This document shows, in pieces, positions 9,856 through 18,626 of a stretch of 64,000 bases of DNA (positions are counted from its first letter, which is position 1; every line of letters starts with the position of its first letter). The notes beneath the pieces were generated by a model. The model ran no database searches. It was not told the origin of the DNA and saw only the letters and a program-made list of their open reading frames with translations. Position numbers and translations under genes: made by a program. This stretch comes from a virus, in IMG/VR virus record IMGVR_UViG_3300043313_000346, positions 12,885 to 76,884 of that record; one strand, given 5' to 3'.

Positions 9856-10088
9856 TGAAGCCGAACGGAGAGGAGTTGCGCGCCTTCGATGACGCCGGGA
9901 TGCCCGCCTCATGGTCGGCGGGACGGCCAACTGTCGAAATTGTCCGCAACGTTATTCAAGCAGCATGTGATGGCGTTATGAGCGCGCAATCGGCCGCAGA
10001 GGTGATGTTCTCTCTGTTCCGCCGAGAGATTGAGGCGCCCGAAATGTGCTGGCACACGAACGCCGCGCGCATGGACGAACAGCGATGA
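9852..10088 (+). CDS. hypothetical protein
   Basis: GAGGAG RBS, ATGA coupling. Confidence 0.6.
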   Translation: MMKPNGEELRAFDDAGMPASWSAGRPTVEIVRNVIQAACDGVMSAQSAAEVMFSLFRREIEAPEMCWHTNAARMDEQR

Positions 10089-10115
10089 CCGGGCAACGAA
10101 CGGGAGAGACCATAA

Positions 10116-10382
10116 ATGCCGAGCTTGGACTTCAACCTCAACGGCGATAATTGCTGGCCCGATCTTCGCGAGAAGGAAGTGATCGAGTTGATGGGCGACG
10201 GTGCGCCACCGATCGGCGTCGCGCTGCTCGACAACGGCATGACCAGCGGCAGGCCGAGCATCACGCTGCGCCTCGATCTTCCCGATGGCCGCGTCGTGAT
10301 GACCGAGACCAGCGCGCGGCTGTTCTGCACCGCTGCGCGCATGATCATGGCGAAGCATCCCGATCTGTTCGAGGGAGACTGA
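10116..10382 (+). CDS. hypothetical protein
   Basis: GGGAG RBS. Confidence 0.75.
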   Translation: MPSLDFNLNGDNCWPDLREKEVIELMGDGAPPIGVALLDNGMTSGRPSITLRLDLPDGRVVMTETSARLFCTAARMIMAKHPDLFEGD

Positions 10383-10383
10383 C

Positions 10384-10665
10384 ATGCACACGAAAGATTT
10401 TCTCGCGCAGGAATTACAGAAGGCCGGGCTCGACGAAATGGCTGCCAAGGCGGCTGATGGGTACTATCACGATTTCCTCTCGCCGCTCGACACACCGGAG
10501 CTTCAGCTATTGGCAGACTTGCGCGCGATCGGCACGCCGGCAGCCGAAGCGCTCGCGGCTCGCCATCTCACCGGCGAGTTCGATGCGAGCAAGGAAGAGA
10601 GCGACGCATGGGCGCAGAGTCCCGAAGGACAGGACGCATTCGGCAAGCTGATGAGGGGCTCATGA
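10384..10665 (+). CDS. hypothetical protein
   Basis: GGGAG RBS. Confidence 0.75.
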   Translation: MHTKDFLAQELQKAGLDEMAAKAADGYYHDFLSPLDTPELQLLADLRAIGTPAAEALAARHLTGEFDASKEESDAWAQSPEGQDAFGKLMRGS

Positions 10666-10898
10666 TCTTCACCGGCAAAGTGACAGGTCTGGCCGAAGGC
10701 TCGACGTTCATTGTCCGGCGCTACTTTGACGGACGCCGCGACGGCTATCAGCACGGCTGGAGTCAAACAGGCTACCGTGTGACGCGTCGCTTGACGGACA
10801 GTGTCGAAGCCGAAACCACGGTGATCGGCATGGGCGACGCGAGCCTGCCTATCTTTCAGGTCGTGGGTCCGGATCACAGCCGGCTGGCGCCGTGGTGA
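10662..10898 (+). CDS. hypothetical protein
   Basis: ATGA-coupled. Confidence 0.6.
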   Translation: MIFTGKVTGLAEGSTFIVRRYFDGRRDGYQHGWSQTGYRVTRRLTDSVEAETTVIGMGDASLPIFQVVGPDHSRLAPW

Positions 10899-11077
10899 TC
10901 AGAACCGGCGCCGACTGGCTCAAGCTGCCGCTCAAATTGCGACAACGCTGGTGGCGTGAGACGGACTACGGTAAACGCGAGCCGAGCGACGATCTGAAAA
11001 ACGAGATCGAGAAAATCCTTTCAGCGGTTGGGGCAATCCATGAAGCTGACCAAGCGCCAAAGCGAACTGGTGTGTGA
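10892..11077 (+). CDS. hypothetical protein
   Basis: Coupled ORF. Confidence 0.5.
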   Translation: MVIRTGADWLKLPLKLRQRWWRETDYGKREPSDDLKNEIEKILSAVGAIHEADQAPKRTGV

Positions 11078-11300
11078 ACTGTCGAAGGGGCTGTCGAACA
11101 AGGCGATAGCGCGCAACCTCAATGTCACCGAAGGCACGGTGAAAATGATGCTGCATCTTCTCTACGCCAAAACCGGCACCGCCAACCGCACCGCGCTCGT
11201 GATGCAGTGTGCGCTTGCCGAGTCCGGGAAAGCAGCCGAGCAAATCATTGCACTATCACCGGGCCAAGCAGCAACGGCCCCGGCTCGACTTGACCCGTAG
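11040..11300 (+). CDS. LuxR/GerE-type HTH regulator (no receiver domain)
   Basis: LTKRQ.ELV..LSKGLSNKAIARNLNVTEGTVK..L..LYAK.G..NRT. Confidence 0.9.
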   Translation: MKLTKRQSELVCELSKGLSNKAIARNLNVTEGTVKMMLHLLYAKTGTANRTALVMQCALAESGKAAEQIIALSPGQAATAPARLDP

Positions 11301-11481
11301 CTTCGTAGCGCTGCAGCGCGGCGAACGTGGCGGCCGATGTTGCGAAGCGGATGAACTTCGTTTCCAGTTCGATCAGGGTGAAGTGCTCGAACAGATGCAC
11401 GTCGATCACGTCACCCGGGAACGTGCGCTTGATTGACTCTTCGATCGGCTCGCAGCGATAGCGCTTCCCATACTCCGTCAT
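11245..11481 (-). CDS. hypothetical protein (only convincing minus-strand gene of the left arm)
   Basis: GGAG RBS; faces an AT-rich divergent intergenic region. Confidence 0.6.
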   Translation of the reverse strand: MTEYGKRYRCEPIEESIKRTFPGDVIDVHLFEHFTLIELETKFIRFATSAATFAALQRYEATGQVEPGPLLLGPVIVQ

Positions 11482-11512
11482 GGCATGCTGACTCCGGTTG
11501 ATGGCGCGATGC

Positions 11513-11553
11513 TGTCACATGGTGTCGCAAGGCTATTATCACAAAATGTTACA
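11513..11553. promoter_or_regulatory. tandem operator-like sites
   Basis: TGTCACA-TGG-TGTCGCA (11513) and TATCACA-AAA-TGTTACA (11537). Confidence 0.6.
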
Positions 11554-11785
11554 TCGGTGCCATACGGCTTTCTTGAATCGCACTCGCTCAAAACCGTTCA
11601 AGATGTCCAGCATCCATCGCACCTAATGATTTTTTTCTGCGCGAGTTGTCGCTGTGCCACGCGGAGTCGCGTCGGCAAAAACGATCCGATTCCGAAAAGT
11701 TGAAAAGTCGATTTGCTATATTGCTCGTGTCGCAGTCAGAGAGCGACGGGCTGTTTGAAATGCAAAATCTGAAATGGAGACGAAC

Positions 11786-12046
11786 ATGGCGCAAGCCATC
11801 GACACGACGAACTATGTCTACCTTGCAATGACCGCGAACTTTTGGGCGTCCTCGAAAACGAGCGAGGAAGCTGCGGTGCGATCTCTTCGGGCTCAAGCCG
11901 GATCGTCACAGGTCACGAAGTATGGATGGGTCACCTATCACATCCATCCTGACTTCGAGGTCTGCGGGATCAACGGCGACGTGATGACGCCGATCGGTCA
12001 CAAGGCGATCAAGCTCACCGACAAGATCAAACGCAAGGCGGCATAA
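11786..12046 (+). CDS. hypothetical protein
   Basis: AAATGGAGA RBS. Confidence 0.75.
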   Translation: MAQAIDTTNYVYLAMTANFWASSKTSEEAAVRSLRAQAGSSQVTKYGWVTYHIHPDFEVCGINGDVMTPIGHKAIKLTDKIKRKAA

Positions 12047-12115
12047 AGCAAAGAGCCCGGGACGTGGACGCGTCCCGGGCCCCTCACTCGCAACGCAAGT
12101 ACATGGAGACCTAAC

Positions 12116-12616
12116 ATGCAGACCATACCACTACGCGAACGACGCCACCAGCAAGCGCTCAAGGATCGCGCCCGGCTGGAGCGACAACGCGACGACACGC
12201 TCGACAAGCTCAGCCGCATCGCCGCCAAGCTCAAGGCGGTGCGCCGATCGGTCGAGCGCTACGAGCGAACGCCGATGCACCCGGTGAAGCCTGAGCCTCT
12301 CGCGGTGACGATCTTCCGCGAGATGGCAAAGGACGCGCCCGCTGCATCGGTGAACGTCGAGCCGCCGGCGCCGACACCAGCGCCGCAAGCAGCCGCGCCA
12401 GTGCCCGCGCCGGCGAGCGTCGACGATGACATGCCGGACTTCCTTCGGCGCTCGAAGCCCGATGCCGTCGGTGAAGCGATCGCCGCTGAGCAGGAAGCGA
12501 GGCGCAAGGCCAAGGCGCACGGGCGCATCGCGACGCTGAAGGCCAAGAAAAGCGGCGCCACCAAGCAGATGCCGCTCGAAGGCAAGGCCGCGCTCGCCGC
12601 GATCCGGGGCGGATAA
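12116..12616 (+). CDS. hypothetical protein with Pro/Ala linker and DMPDFLRR motif
   Basis: ATGGAGA RBS. Confidence 0.75.
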   Translation: MQTIPLRERRHQQALKDRARLERQRDDTLDKLSRIAAKLKAVRRSVERYERTPMHPVKPEPLAVTIFREMAKDAPAASVNVEPPAPTPAPQAAAPVPAPASVDDDMPDFLRRSKPDAVGEAIAAEQEARRKAKAHGRIATLKAKKSGATKQMPLEGKAALAAIRGG

Positions 12617-12636
12617 AAAACCCGCGCTACCCCAGC

Positions 12637-12665
12637 AAAGCCGCCCTTCGGGGCGGCTTTTTCTT
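12637..12665 (+). terminator. rho-independent terminator
   Basis: AAAGCCGCCC-TTCG-GGGCGGCTTT followed by TTCTT. Confidence 0.9.
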
Positions 12666-12713
12666 GTGTGTTTTCAGCCGCTTGCCAAAGGCAAAAAAGA
12701 TGTGGCTGGCCTC

Positions 12714-12742
12714 TTGTGTCACATCATGTGACATGCCATATA
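12714..12742 (+). promoter_or_regulatory. sigma70-like promoter with a perfect palindromic operator over the spacer
   Basis: TTGTGT-N17-CATATA; TGTCACA-TCA-TGTGACA at 12717-12733. Confidence 0.6.
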
Positions 12743-12749
12743 CGTCTCT

Positions 12750-13134
12750 CGTTACTTGATTGGTTGCTCCCCTGCGGTGCCTTCGGGCGCTCACTTGACG
12801 AGGGGGGTCCGGCACCAGACCCGGTTGATTGATGAGCATCGCTCTCACAGCCGCACCGCTCCCCTCAGAAGGATCGGCTCAGTCACTGCCCGGGGTACCA
12901 GTAAAATGGCCACACCAATTTCACTGCAGAACATGCGGACGCAACGCGTCGCGCGAACACTGCAGCCACCTCCCCGACGAATAGCGGCGCGCACGCACGA
13001 TGCGCGCACGGTGCGAGGACAGACGACGCAATGGTCAAGAGCGCGAGGGCGCGGCCATGACGAAGACGACACGGTCAAGAGCACGAGGGTGCGACCCTGT
13101 TGATGCTGACACTGCGCGGCGCCACGCGCCGCAG
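12750..13134 (+). ncRNA. candidate structured leader / ncRNA
   Basis: About 390 nt with no convincing ORF; cUUCGg hairpin near 12776; imperfect direct repeat at 13021/13063; fragments of the cassette element. Confidence 0.35.
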
Positions 13135-13230
13135 TGACCACTGAAGAGCGGCGACCAGACGAAGGCGCGCCGCTTCACAGTGTTCATGCACTCGCGCCTC
13201 GCAACGGCGCGCCAACAAATGGAGAATGCA
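13135..13230 (+). repeat. conserved upstream structured element, copy 1
   Basis: TGACCACTG..GAGCGGCG..CGCCGCTTCACAGTGTTCATG..GCGCC-TCGCAAC-GGCGC..AAATGGAGA. Confidence 0.9.
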
Positions 13231-14256
13231 ATGACTGCTCTTCTGAACGAAGTTGAATGCACGATCGCGGAAGCGGCTGTGCTGCTCGAAAGGCAACTTG
13301 CCAAGGGCAAGCCCGTGATGATGTGGGGCGCGCCCGGGCTCGGCAAGTCGGCGATCGTCTGGCAGCTTGGCGCCAAGCAGGGCCGCAAGGTGATCGAGTA
13401 TCGCGCCAACCTGCGCGAGCCGGTCGACGTGCGCGGCATCCCGGTGCCCGATCTGGTGAGCGGCACGACACGCTGGCTTGTGCCGGAAGACCTGCCGAAC
13501 GCCGAGCGCGACGGCGAGTTCGGTTACCTGTTCCTCGACGAGATCAACACGGCGTCGCCGCAGATGATGGCGGTGCTGTTCGGTCTCGTGCTCGATCGGC
13601 GCATCGGTGACTACGTGCTGCCGGCTGGCTGGCAGATCATCGCTGCCGGCAACCGCGTGAGCGATCGCGCGGCGGCTCAACGGATGCCGACGGCGCTGCG
13701 CAACCGCTTCTCGCATCTGACCGTACTGCCCGACGTCAACGCGTGGGCGGTGTGGGCGAACGCGAACGGTGTGGCGCCTGAGATGGTGGCGTTCGTCCGC
13801 TTGCGGCGCGAACTGATCCACCGGATGCCGCGCGGCGATGAGAACGCATTCCCGACGCCGCGCTCGCTGACGGCGGCTGCGGAGTTCGTTGACGAGCCGA
13901 GCATCGCGCTGCGGCAAAAGCTGTTCGCCATGCACGTCGGCAATGACGTCGCCGGCGAGTTGAACGGCTTCATCGAGCTTTATCAATCGCTCGGTTCGCT
14001 CGACGACATCGTCGCCGATCCTGCCAATGCGAAGGTGCCCACCGAACCTTCGCAACTCTACGCGGTCTGCACCGGGCTCGCGCGTCTCGCGACGCGAAAG
14101 AACTGGTCGCAGATCGTGACCTATGCCGAGCGGCTGCGCGGCGAGCATCAAGTTCTGCTCGTGCATGACGCCGTGATGCGTGACCCGAAGCTGAAAGAGA
14201 CGTCGGCCTATTCCAAGTGGGCCGTCGCCAATCAGGGCGCGCTGATGCAATCGTGA
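13231..14256 (+). CDS. MoxR-like AAA+ ATPase
   Basis: Walker A GAPGLGKS, Walker B LFLDE, AAGN sensor, ALRNRF Arg finger. Confidence 0.92.
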   Translation: MTALLNEVECTIAEAAVLLERQLAKGKPVMMWGAPGLGKSAIVWQLGAKQGRKVIEYRANLREPVDVRGIPVPDLVSGTTRWLVPEDLPNAERDGEFGYLFLDEINTASPQMMAVLFGLVLDRRIGDYVLPAGWQIIAAGNRVSDRAAAQRMPTALRNRFSHLTVLPDVNAWAVWANANGVAPEMVAFVRLRRELIHRMPRGDENAFPTPRSLTAAAEFVDEPSIALRQKLFAMHVGNDVAGELNGFIELYQSLGSLDDIVADPANAKVPTEPSQLYAVCTGLARLATRKNWSQIVTYAERLRGEHQVLLVHDAVMRDPKLKETSAYSKWAVANQGALMQS

Positions 14257-14346
14257 GCAGTAAGGGCGGCGCCGTGTGCGCCGCCCCATAGTGCCCATGC
14301 ACTGCGCCGTCGCAACCGGCGCCAACCTTTCAAATGGAGATTCCCA
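14254..14346 (+). repeat. conserved upstream structured element, copy 2
   Basis: GGGCGGCGC/GCGCCGCCC stem; GCGCCG-TCGCAAC-CGGCGC; AAATGGAGA. Confidence 0.9.
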
Positions 14347-15243
14347 ATGAACGCGAAAACGAAAGTGATCGCCTCGCCGCTGTCGCGGAAGGCAACGCTG
14401 GTGTCGGTCGACATCAGCCAATGGACGGCACGCAAGCTCGACAAGCGGGTGACGGACAAGGTCAACCGCGAGCACAACGCGGCCGACGACGCCGGCCGCT
14501 ATCACAAGCTGCTGATCGAGGCCAAGCGGCTCGAAGCGATCAACTCGCTGGTCGCGCAGGCACGCCGGCTGCACTACACGATGACGAAGCCGTGGGCCGA
14601 CGAAGGCTTGCGCATCCTGCCGAACAAGCTGCACGAAAAGTTCGCCAGCGAGTTTCGCAAATTGAAGCGCGAGTTCGACGTGGCTGCTGATGACTTCTGC
14701 CGCGAATATCCGACGTTCATTGCCGAGCGCAAGAAAGCTCTCAACGGCTTGTTCAACGCGTCGGACTATCCGCCGGCCGATGAGATCAGGAGCAAGTTCC
14801 GGCTGACGACGAAGACGTTCCCACTGCCTGAGTCGGATGACTTTCGCTCGGACGTGCTCGACGCGGACACGGTCGAAGACATCAAGCGCGAGCTTGCCGA
14901 GACGAACGAAGCGGTGCTTGCCGATGCGATGAAGCACACGGCCAAGCAGATCACCGAAGTCGTCGGGCACATGGCCGAGAAGCTGAAGGCGTACAAAAAG
15001 CCGGGCAAAGGTTCGCGCAGCTTTTTCTCGCACACGCTGGTCGAGAACGTGCGGCAGCTTGCCGAGCTTCTGCCGGCCTTCAATCTCGACAACGATCCGG
15101 CGCTCGACGCGATCGCCGATCGCATCAACAAAGAACTTTGCGTCGAAGACGCAGAGACACTGAGACACGACGACAACGCGAGGAAGTCGGTGGCCAAGAG
15201 CGCCGACGACATCCTGCGCGATGTCGAAAGCCTGCTCGGCTGA
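14347..15243 (+). CDS. helical protein of the AAA/VWA module (DUF3150-like)
   Basis: Lies between the ATPase and the VWA-peptidase; family call is by resemblance only. Confidence 0.65.
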   Translation: MNAKTKVIASPLSRKATLVSVDISQWTARKLDKRVTDKVNREHNAADDAGRYHKLLIEAKRLEAINSLVAQARRLHYTMTKPWADEGLRILPNKLHEKFASEFRKLKREFDVAADDFCREYPTFIAERKKALNGLFNASDYPPADEIRSKFRLTTKTFPLPESDDFRSDVLDADTVEDIKRELAETNEAVLADAMKHTAKQITEVVGHMAEKLKAYKKPGKGSRSFFSHTLVENVRQLAELLPAFNLDNDPALDAIADRINKELCVEDAETLRHDDNARKSVAKSADDILRDVESLLG

Positions 15244-15290
15244 GAGCGCGCCCGGCCGCAACCCGGGCGCTTTTCAAAATGGAGATGACA
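15241..15290 (+). repeat. conserved upstream element, copy 3 (short form)
   Basis: GCGCCCGG-CCGCAAC-CCGGGCGC then AAATGGAGA. Confidence 0.85.
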
Positions 15291-16730
15291 ATGCAGACGA
15301 TCGACACGGTGACGGCACAAGCCGCCGAGCGCGTGAGCAAGGCGCGCCAAGAACTGATCCTTGAGCGCACGTTCTACGGCGTGCTGGTCAGCCAAGTCGA
15401 GGCCAAGCCGTCGCGCGACTTCCCGACGATGGCGACGAACGGCCGGACGCACTTTTTCAATCCGGACTTCATCGCCTCTCTGTCGCAGGTCGAAGTGCTC
15501 GGCGTGCAGGCGCACGAGACCGAGCACGATGCGCGCCGCCATCACACGCGGCGCGGTAACCGCGATCCGCAAGAATGGAACGTGTGCTGCGATCTCGCGA
15601 TCAACCCTGACCTGATCCGCGCGGGCTTCAAGCTGCCGGAAGGCGCCCTGCTCGACTGGCGCTTCGAGGGCATGTCAGCCGAAGACATCTATCGGACGCG
15701 CGAGCTTGAGCGGCAGCCGCCGCAACAGCCGCAGCCCGAATCGGACAAATCGGACAAAGCGGACAAAGCGGACAAATCGGACAAATCGGACAAATCGGAC
15801 GGAACCGATGGAACCGACGGCGACGATGCCGACGGCGACGAAGGCGCTGGCGAGGGCGCTGGTGAAGCCGGCGAAGAGCCGGGCGACACTGGCACCGGCG
15901 AAGGCGCCGGCGACGCTGGCGAGCCCGGTGAGGGCACCGGCGAGGGCTCTGGCGAGGGCGAAGGCTCGGACGCTGGCAGCGATGCCGGCGAGGCCAAGCC
16001 GGGGCCGTCTTCGGGCGATCCCGGCCGCTGCGGCGAAGTGCTCGACGCGGCGGTTGATGCCGCCGAGCGGGCCGACGTCGACGCCAAATGGGAACGTGTC
16101 GTGCGCGAGGCCGCAAGCCTCGCACGCAAGCGCGGCGACGCTCCCGGGCACGTGTCGCGCGAGATCGAGCGGAACGATCATCCCCCGCAAGACTGGCGCG
16201 AGACTTTGCGTGCCTTTTTCGACGGCGGCGCGGTGACCACCGAAACGTGGTCGCGTCCGAACCGGCGCTTCATCGGCGGCGGGCTCTATCTGCCCGGCCG
16301 CGAGCGTGACGGCGTCAACCGCGTCGCCATGCTGGTCGACACGTCCGGTTCGATGGATGATGTCGCGCTTGCGGCGATCGGCGTCGAAGTGCAAGCGGCG
16401 CTCGATGAGAACATCATCGACGAGCTTGTCGTGATCTACGGCGACACGCGGGTGACGCGCGTCGACACGTATCGCGGCGGCGACGAGATCGAGTTCGATC
16501 CGCGTGGCGGTGGCGGCACCCGGTTGATGCCGCTGTTCGATCACGTGGCGAACGAAGTCGATGCTTCGCTGATCGTGTGCTTCACCGACGGTGAGCACGA
16601 GATCACCAGCGCGCACGCTGAGCCGGCTTGCCCGGTCCTGTTTGCGATCACCGGCTTCCCGCAGGACGTTCGCCACTACGTCGCGAATGCACCGTGGGGC
16701 GCCACCGCGATCGACGTCGGATCGCACTGA
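15291..16730 (+). CDS. putative metallopeptidase with VWA domain (DUF2201-like)
   Basis: TMATNG, HETEH (HExxH), acidic Gly-rich linker, MIDAS DTSGS, GGGGT, FTDG. Confidence 0.9.
   Translation: MQTIDTVTAQAAERVSKARQELILERTFYGVLVSQVEAKPSRDFPTMATNGRTHFFNPDFIASLSQVEVLGVQAHETEHDARRHHTRRGNRDPQEWNVCCDLAINPDLIRAGFKLPEGALLDWRFEGMSAEDIYRTRELERQPPQQPQPESDKSDKADKADKSDKSDKSDGTDGTDGDDADGDEGAGEGAGEAGEEPGDTGTGEGAGDAGEPGEGTGEGSGEGEGSDAGSDAGEAKPGPSSGDPGRCGEVLDAAVDAAERADVDAKWERVVREAASLARKRGDAPGHVSREIERNDHPPQDWRETLRAFFDGGAVTTETWSRPNRRFIGGGLYLPGRERDGVNRVAMLVDTSGSMDDVALAAIGVEVQAALDENIIDELVVIYGDTRVTRVDTYRGGDEIEFDPRGGGGTRLMPLFDHVANEVDASLIVCFTDGEHEITSAHAEPACPVLFAITGFPQDVRHYVANAPWGATAIDVGSH
15741..15800 (+). repeat. 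9-bp coding tandem repeat (T/G)CGGACAAA, about 6.7 copies
   Basis: Encodes SDK/ADK repeats in the linker. Confidence 0.9.
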
Positions 16731-16815
16731 CCACTGCAGGGCGGCGTCGCAAGGCGCCGCCTCACAGTGTTCATGACGAACACCCGGCCCGCAACGCCGG
16801 ATCACAAATGGAGTA
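16728..16815 (+). repeat. conserved upstream structured element, copy 4
   Basis: TGACCACTG..GCAA loop..CACAGTGTTCATG..CCGGC-CCGCAAC-GCCGG..AAATGGAG. Confidence 0.9.
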
Positions 16816-17220
16816 ATGACAATGAAAAAGCTTGGTGGAGTTCTGATCATCATCGTCGGCCTGATCTGGCTGAGCAACGGCAAGCCCGCCGACACGACGC
16901 CGGCATCGCCGTGCAAATCCGATTGGACAAAATGCACCGACAACGCCGACATGGCGAACAACTTCGGCGGCTGGTCCGGCGTGCAATATGACTGCAAAAA
17001 ACAGGCGGAAGAACTCGCCAAATACGGCACGCCAGAATGGCCGTGGTTCGCCTTCTCATCCTTCCGCCCCGGCAGCAACTACAGCACCGGCACCGTCACG
17101 GTGATCGAGCCCGATGCCAAATTCCAGAACGGCTTCGGCGCGATGGTGCGCTCGCGCGTGGTCTGTGAATACGATCTGCGCAGCAAGAAGGTGACCAACG
17201 TCGACATCAGCGCGCGATGA
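16816..17220 (+). CDS. exported / membrane-anchored Cys-containing protein
   Basis: N-terminal KK plus hydrophobic stretch; QNGFGA motif. Confidence 0.8.
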   Translation: MTMKKLGGVLIIIVGLIWLSNGKPADTTPASPCKSDWTKCTDNADMANNFGGWSGVQYDCKKQAEELAKYGTPEWPWFAFSSFRPGSNYSTGTVTVIEPDAKFQNGFGAMVRSRVVCEYDLRSKKVTNVDISAR

Positions 17221-17309
17221 GCACCACCGAGCGGCGCTTCGGCGCCGTTCCATAGTGCCCACGACGGACACTGCCGGCGCAACCGGCGCATCAAATGGAG
17301 ACTTTCAAA
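17218..17309 (+). repeat. conserved upstream structured element, copy 5
   Basis: GAGCGGCGC-TTCG-GCGCCGTTC; GCCG-GCGCAAC-CGGC; AAATGGAGA. Confidence 0.9.
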
Positions 17310-17519
17310 ATGGCGAATCTCTACACCTACGAATGCCGCGCTTGCGGCTTCGCTCAAGTCTTCCGCGAAGACAACAGCATGCATTGCCCGCACTGCCGCG
17401 CGTGGCCGATGCGCGAGGCGCTGCCGAGCGTCGACGCGATGCTCGCGACGATCGACACCGTGATCGGCTGCGATGATACCGAGATGGCCGACAAGGCAAC
17501 CCGGAGGGCAGCACGATGA
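17310..17519 (+). CDS. small Zn-ribbon protein
   Basis: YECRAC...CPHC. Confidence 0.7.
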   Translation: MANLYTYECRACGFAQVFREDNSMHCPHCRAWPMREALPSVDAMLATIDTVIGCDDTEMADKATRRAAR

Positions 17520-17683
17520 GCCGGAAGACCGAAAGCAAGAAGGCCGCGCGCGTGCTGCGCGAAGTCTTCGACGCCAAGCTGCCAGTGCCCGGCGTGACCA
17601 CGCGTGATCGCGACGCGGCGCTGTGGCTGGCGATCACGATCCTTGAAGCCCGCGCGCAAGATGCAGACAGTGAGGAAGGATAA
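17516..17683 (+). CDS. hypothetical protein (55 aa, not in ORF track)
   Basis: GGAGG RBS, ATGA coupling; MSRKTESKKAARVLREVF... Confidence 0.6.
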   Translation: MSRKTESKKAARVLREVFDAKLPVPGVTTRDRDAALWLAITILEARAQDADSEEG

Positions 17684-17686
17684 AAA

Positions 17687-18103
17687 ATGAAACATCTGAC
17701 CAAGGCACAGGTAGCAACGCGCGACGAACTGATCGCCGCGCTGCGCGGGAAAGACAAGGCGATCGATGATGCCATCATCGAGATCAACAACAAGATCGAC
17801 GAAGTCAACGTGCTGATCGAAGAGAACCTCAAGCCCGCGATCGACGACTACAACGGTGCGCTCGGCGATCTCGAAGAACTGCGCAATGAGATCGTCGGCC
17901 AGATGGACGACTATGTTAACGCGCGCTCTGAGAAGTGGAGCAACAGCGATGCCGGCGCGAACTATTCGTCGTGGAAGGACGAATGGGAAGGCATCGACAT
18001 GAGCCCGCTCGACGACATCGAGCCGCTTGCACATCTCGAAGCATCGGACCCGGCACACGCCAACGAGTTCGAAGCGCTGTCGAGCGAGGTTCAAGAAGAC
18101 TGA
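17687..18103 (+). CDS. acidic helical hypothetical protein
   Basis: GAGGAAGG RBS; D/E-rich. Confidence 0.8.
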   Translation: MKHLTKAQVATRDELIAALRGKDKAIDDAIIEINNKIDEVNVLIEENLKPAIDDYNGALGDLEELRNEIVGQMDDYVNARSEKWSNSDAGANYSSWKDEWEGIDMSPLDDIEPLAHLEASDPAHANEFEALSSEVQED

Positions 18104-18202
18104 GTGCTGCCAGAGCGGCGCGGGACAACTCGCGCCGCTTCACAGTGTTCATGCTGAGCACTCCCGCCGCAACGCGGGCAAAAATCCAAATGGAGAAAAA
18201 CG
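18101..18202 (+). repeat. conserved upstream structured element, copy 6
   Basis: GAGCGGCGCG..CGCGCCGCTTCACAGTGTTCATG; CCCGC-CGCAAC-GCGGG; AAATGGAGA. Confidence 0.9.
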
Positions 18203-18550
18203 ATGAAGTATCTACTGCCTCTTGCCGTCGCGCTTGCAATGACATCCGGCGCGAATGCCGGCTACACCGCCGGCGAGCTATTGAAGGAATGCAAGGCCGA
18301 CTCGAAGAAAGCGGCTTGCGCGACCTATGTGACGGCTACATGGGATACATTCGAGGCACTGGCTTGGACTCATAAAGAGCTTGTCATTGCCAACATCTGC
18401 ATCCCGCACGGCATCACGGTCGTGCCGGCCGAGATGATCAAGCTCGCTGAAACGCGGATTCAGGAACAGAAGGCGACGCCGGATATGTCCGCTGCGGCGG
18501 TGCTGCTTGCTGGCCTGCGATCCAAGTTCAATTGTTTCGATCGACGCTGA
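18203..18550 (+). CDS. secreted Rap1a/Tai4-like immunity-family protein
   Basis: Signal peptide; TAGELLKEC...ACATYV...D...ICIP...AA.VL..L...FNC Cys pattern. Confidence 0.65.
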   Translation: MKYLLPLAVALAMTSGANAGYTAGELLKECKADSKKAACATYVTATWDTFEALAWTHKELVIANICIPHGITVVPAEMIKLAETRIQEQKATPDMSAAAVLLAGLRSKFNCFDRR

Positions 18551-18626
18551 TCACTGCAGAGCGGTGCCAAATCTGGCGCCGCTTTTCATGCCGGTCGCAA
18601 CCCGGCTCAACAAATGGAGAACTGAA
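18548..18626 (+). repeat. conserved upstream structured element, copy 7
   Basis: TGATCACTGCAGAGCGG..CCGCTT; GCCGG-TCGCAAC-CCGGC; AAATGGAGA; lacks CACAGTG. Confidence 0.85.

Noticed and set aside
12717-12733. Palindrome as a CRP/FixK site
   Set aside because: Half-sites are everted with 3-bp spacing (TCACA-N3-TGTGA), not TGTGA-N6-TCACA or TTGA-N6-TCAA
12825-12860. TTGATGAG as a hammerhead ribozyme core
   Set aside because: Not CUGAUGA, and no GAAA segment in the right position
13075-15261. 728-aa minus-strand ORF and other long antisense ORFs (e.g. 4582-5931, 50494-52383, 47654-49135)
   Set aside because: Shadow frames of well-supported genes in high-GC DNA; no motifs or RBS
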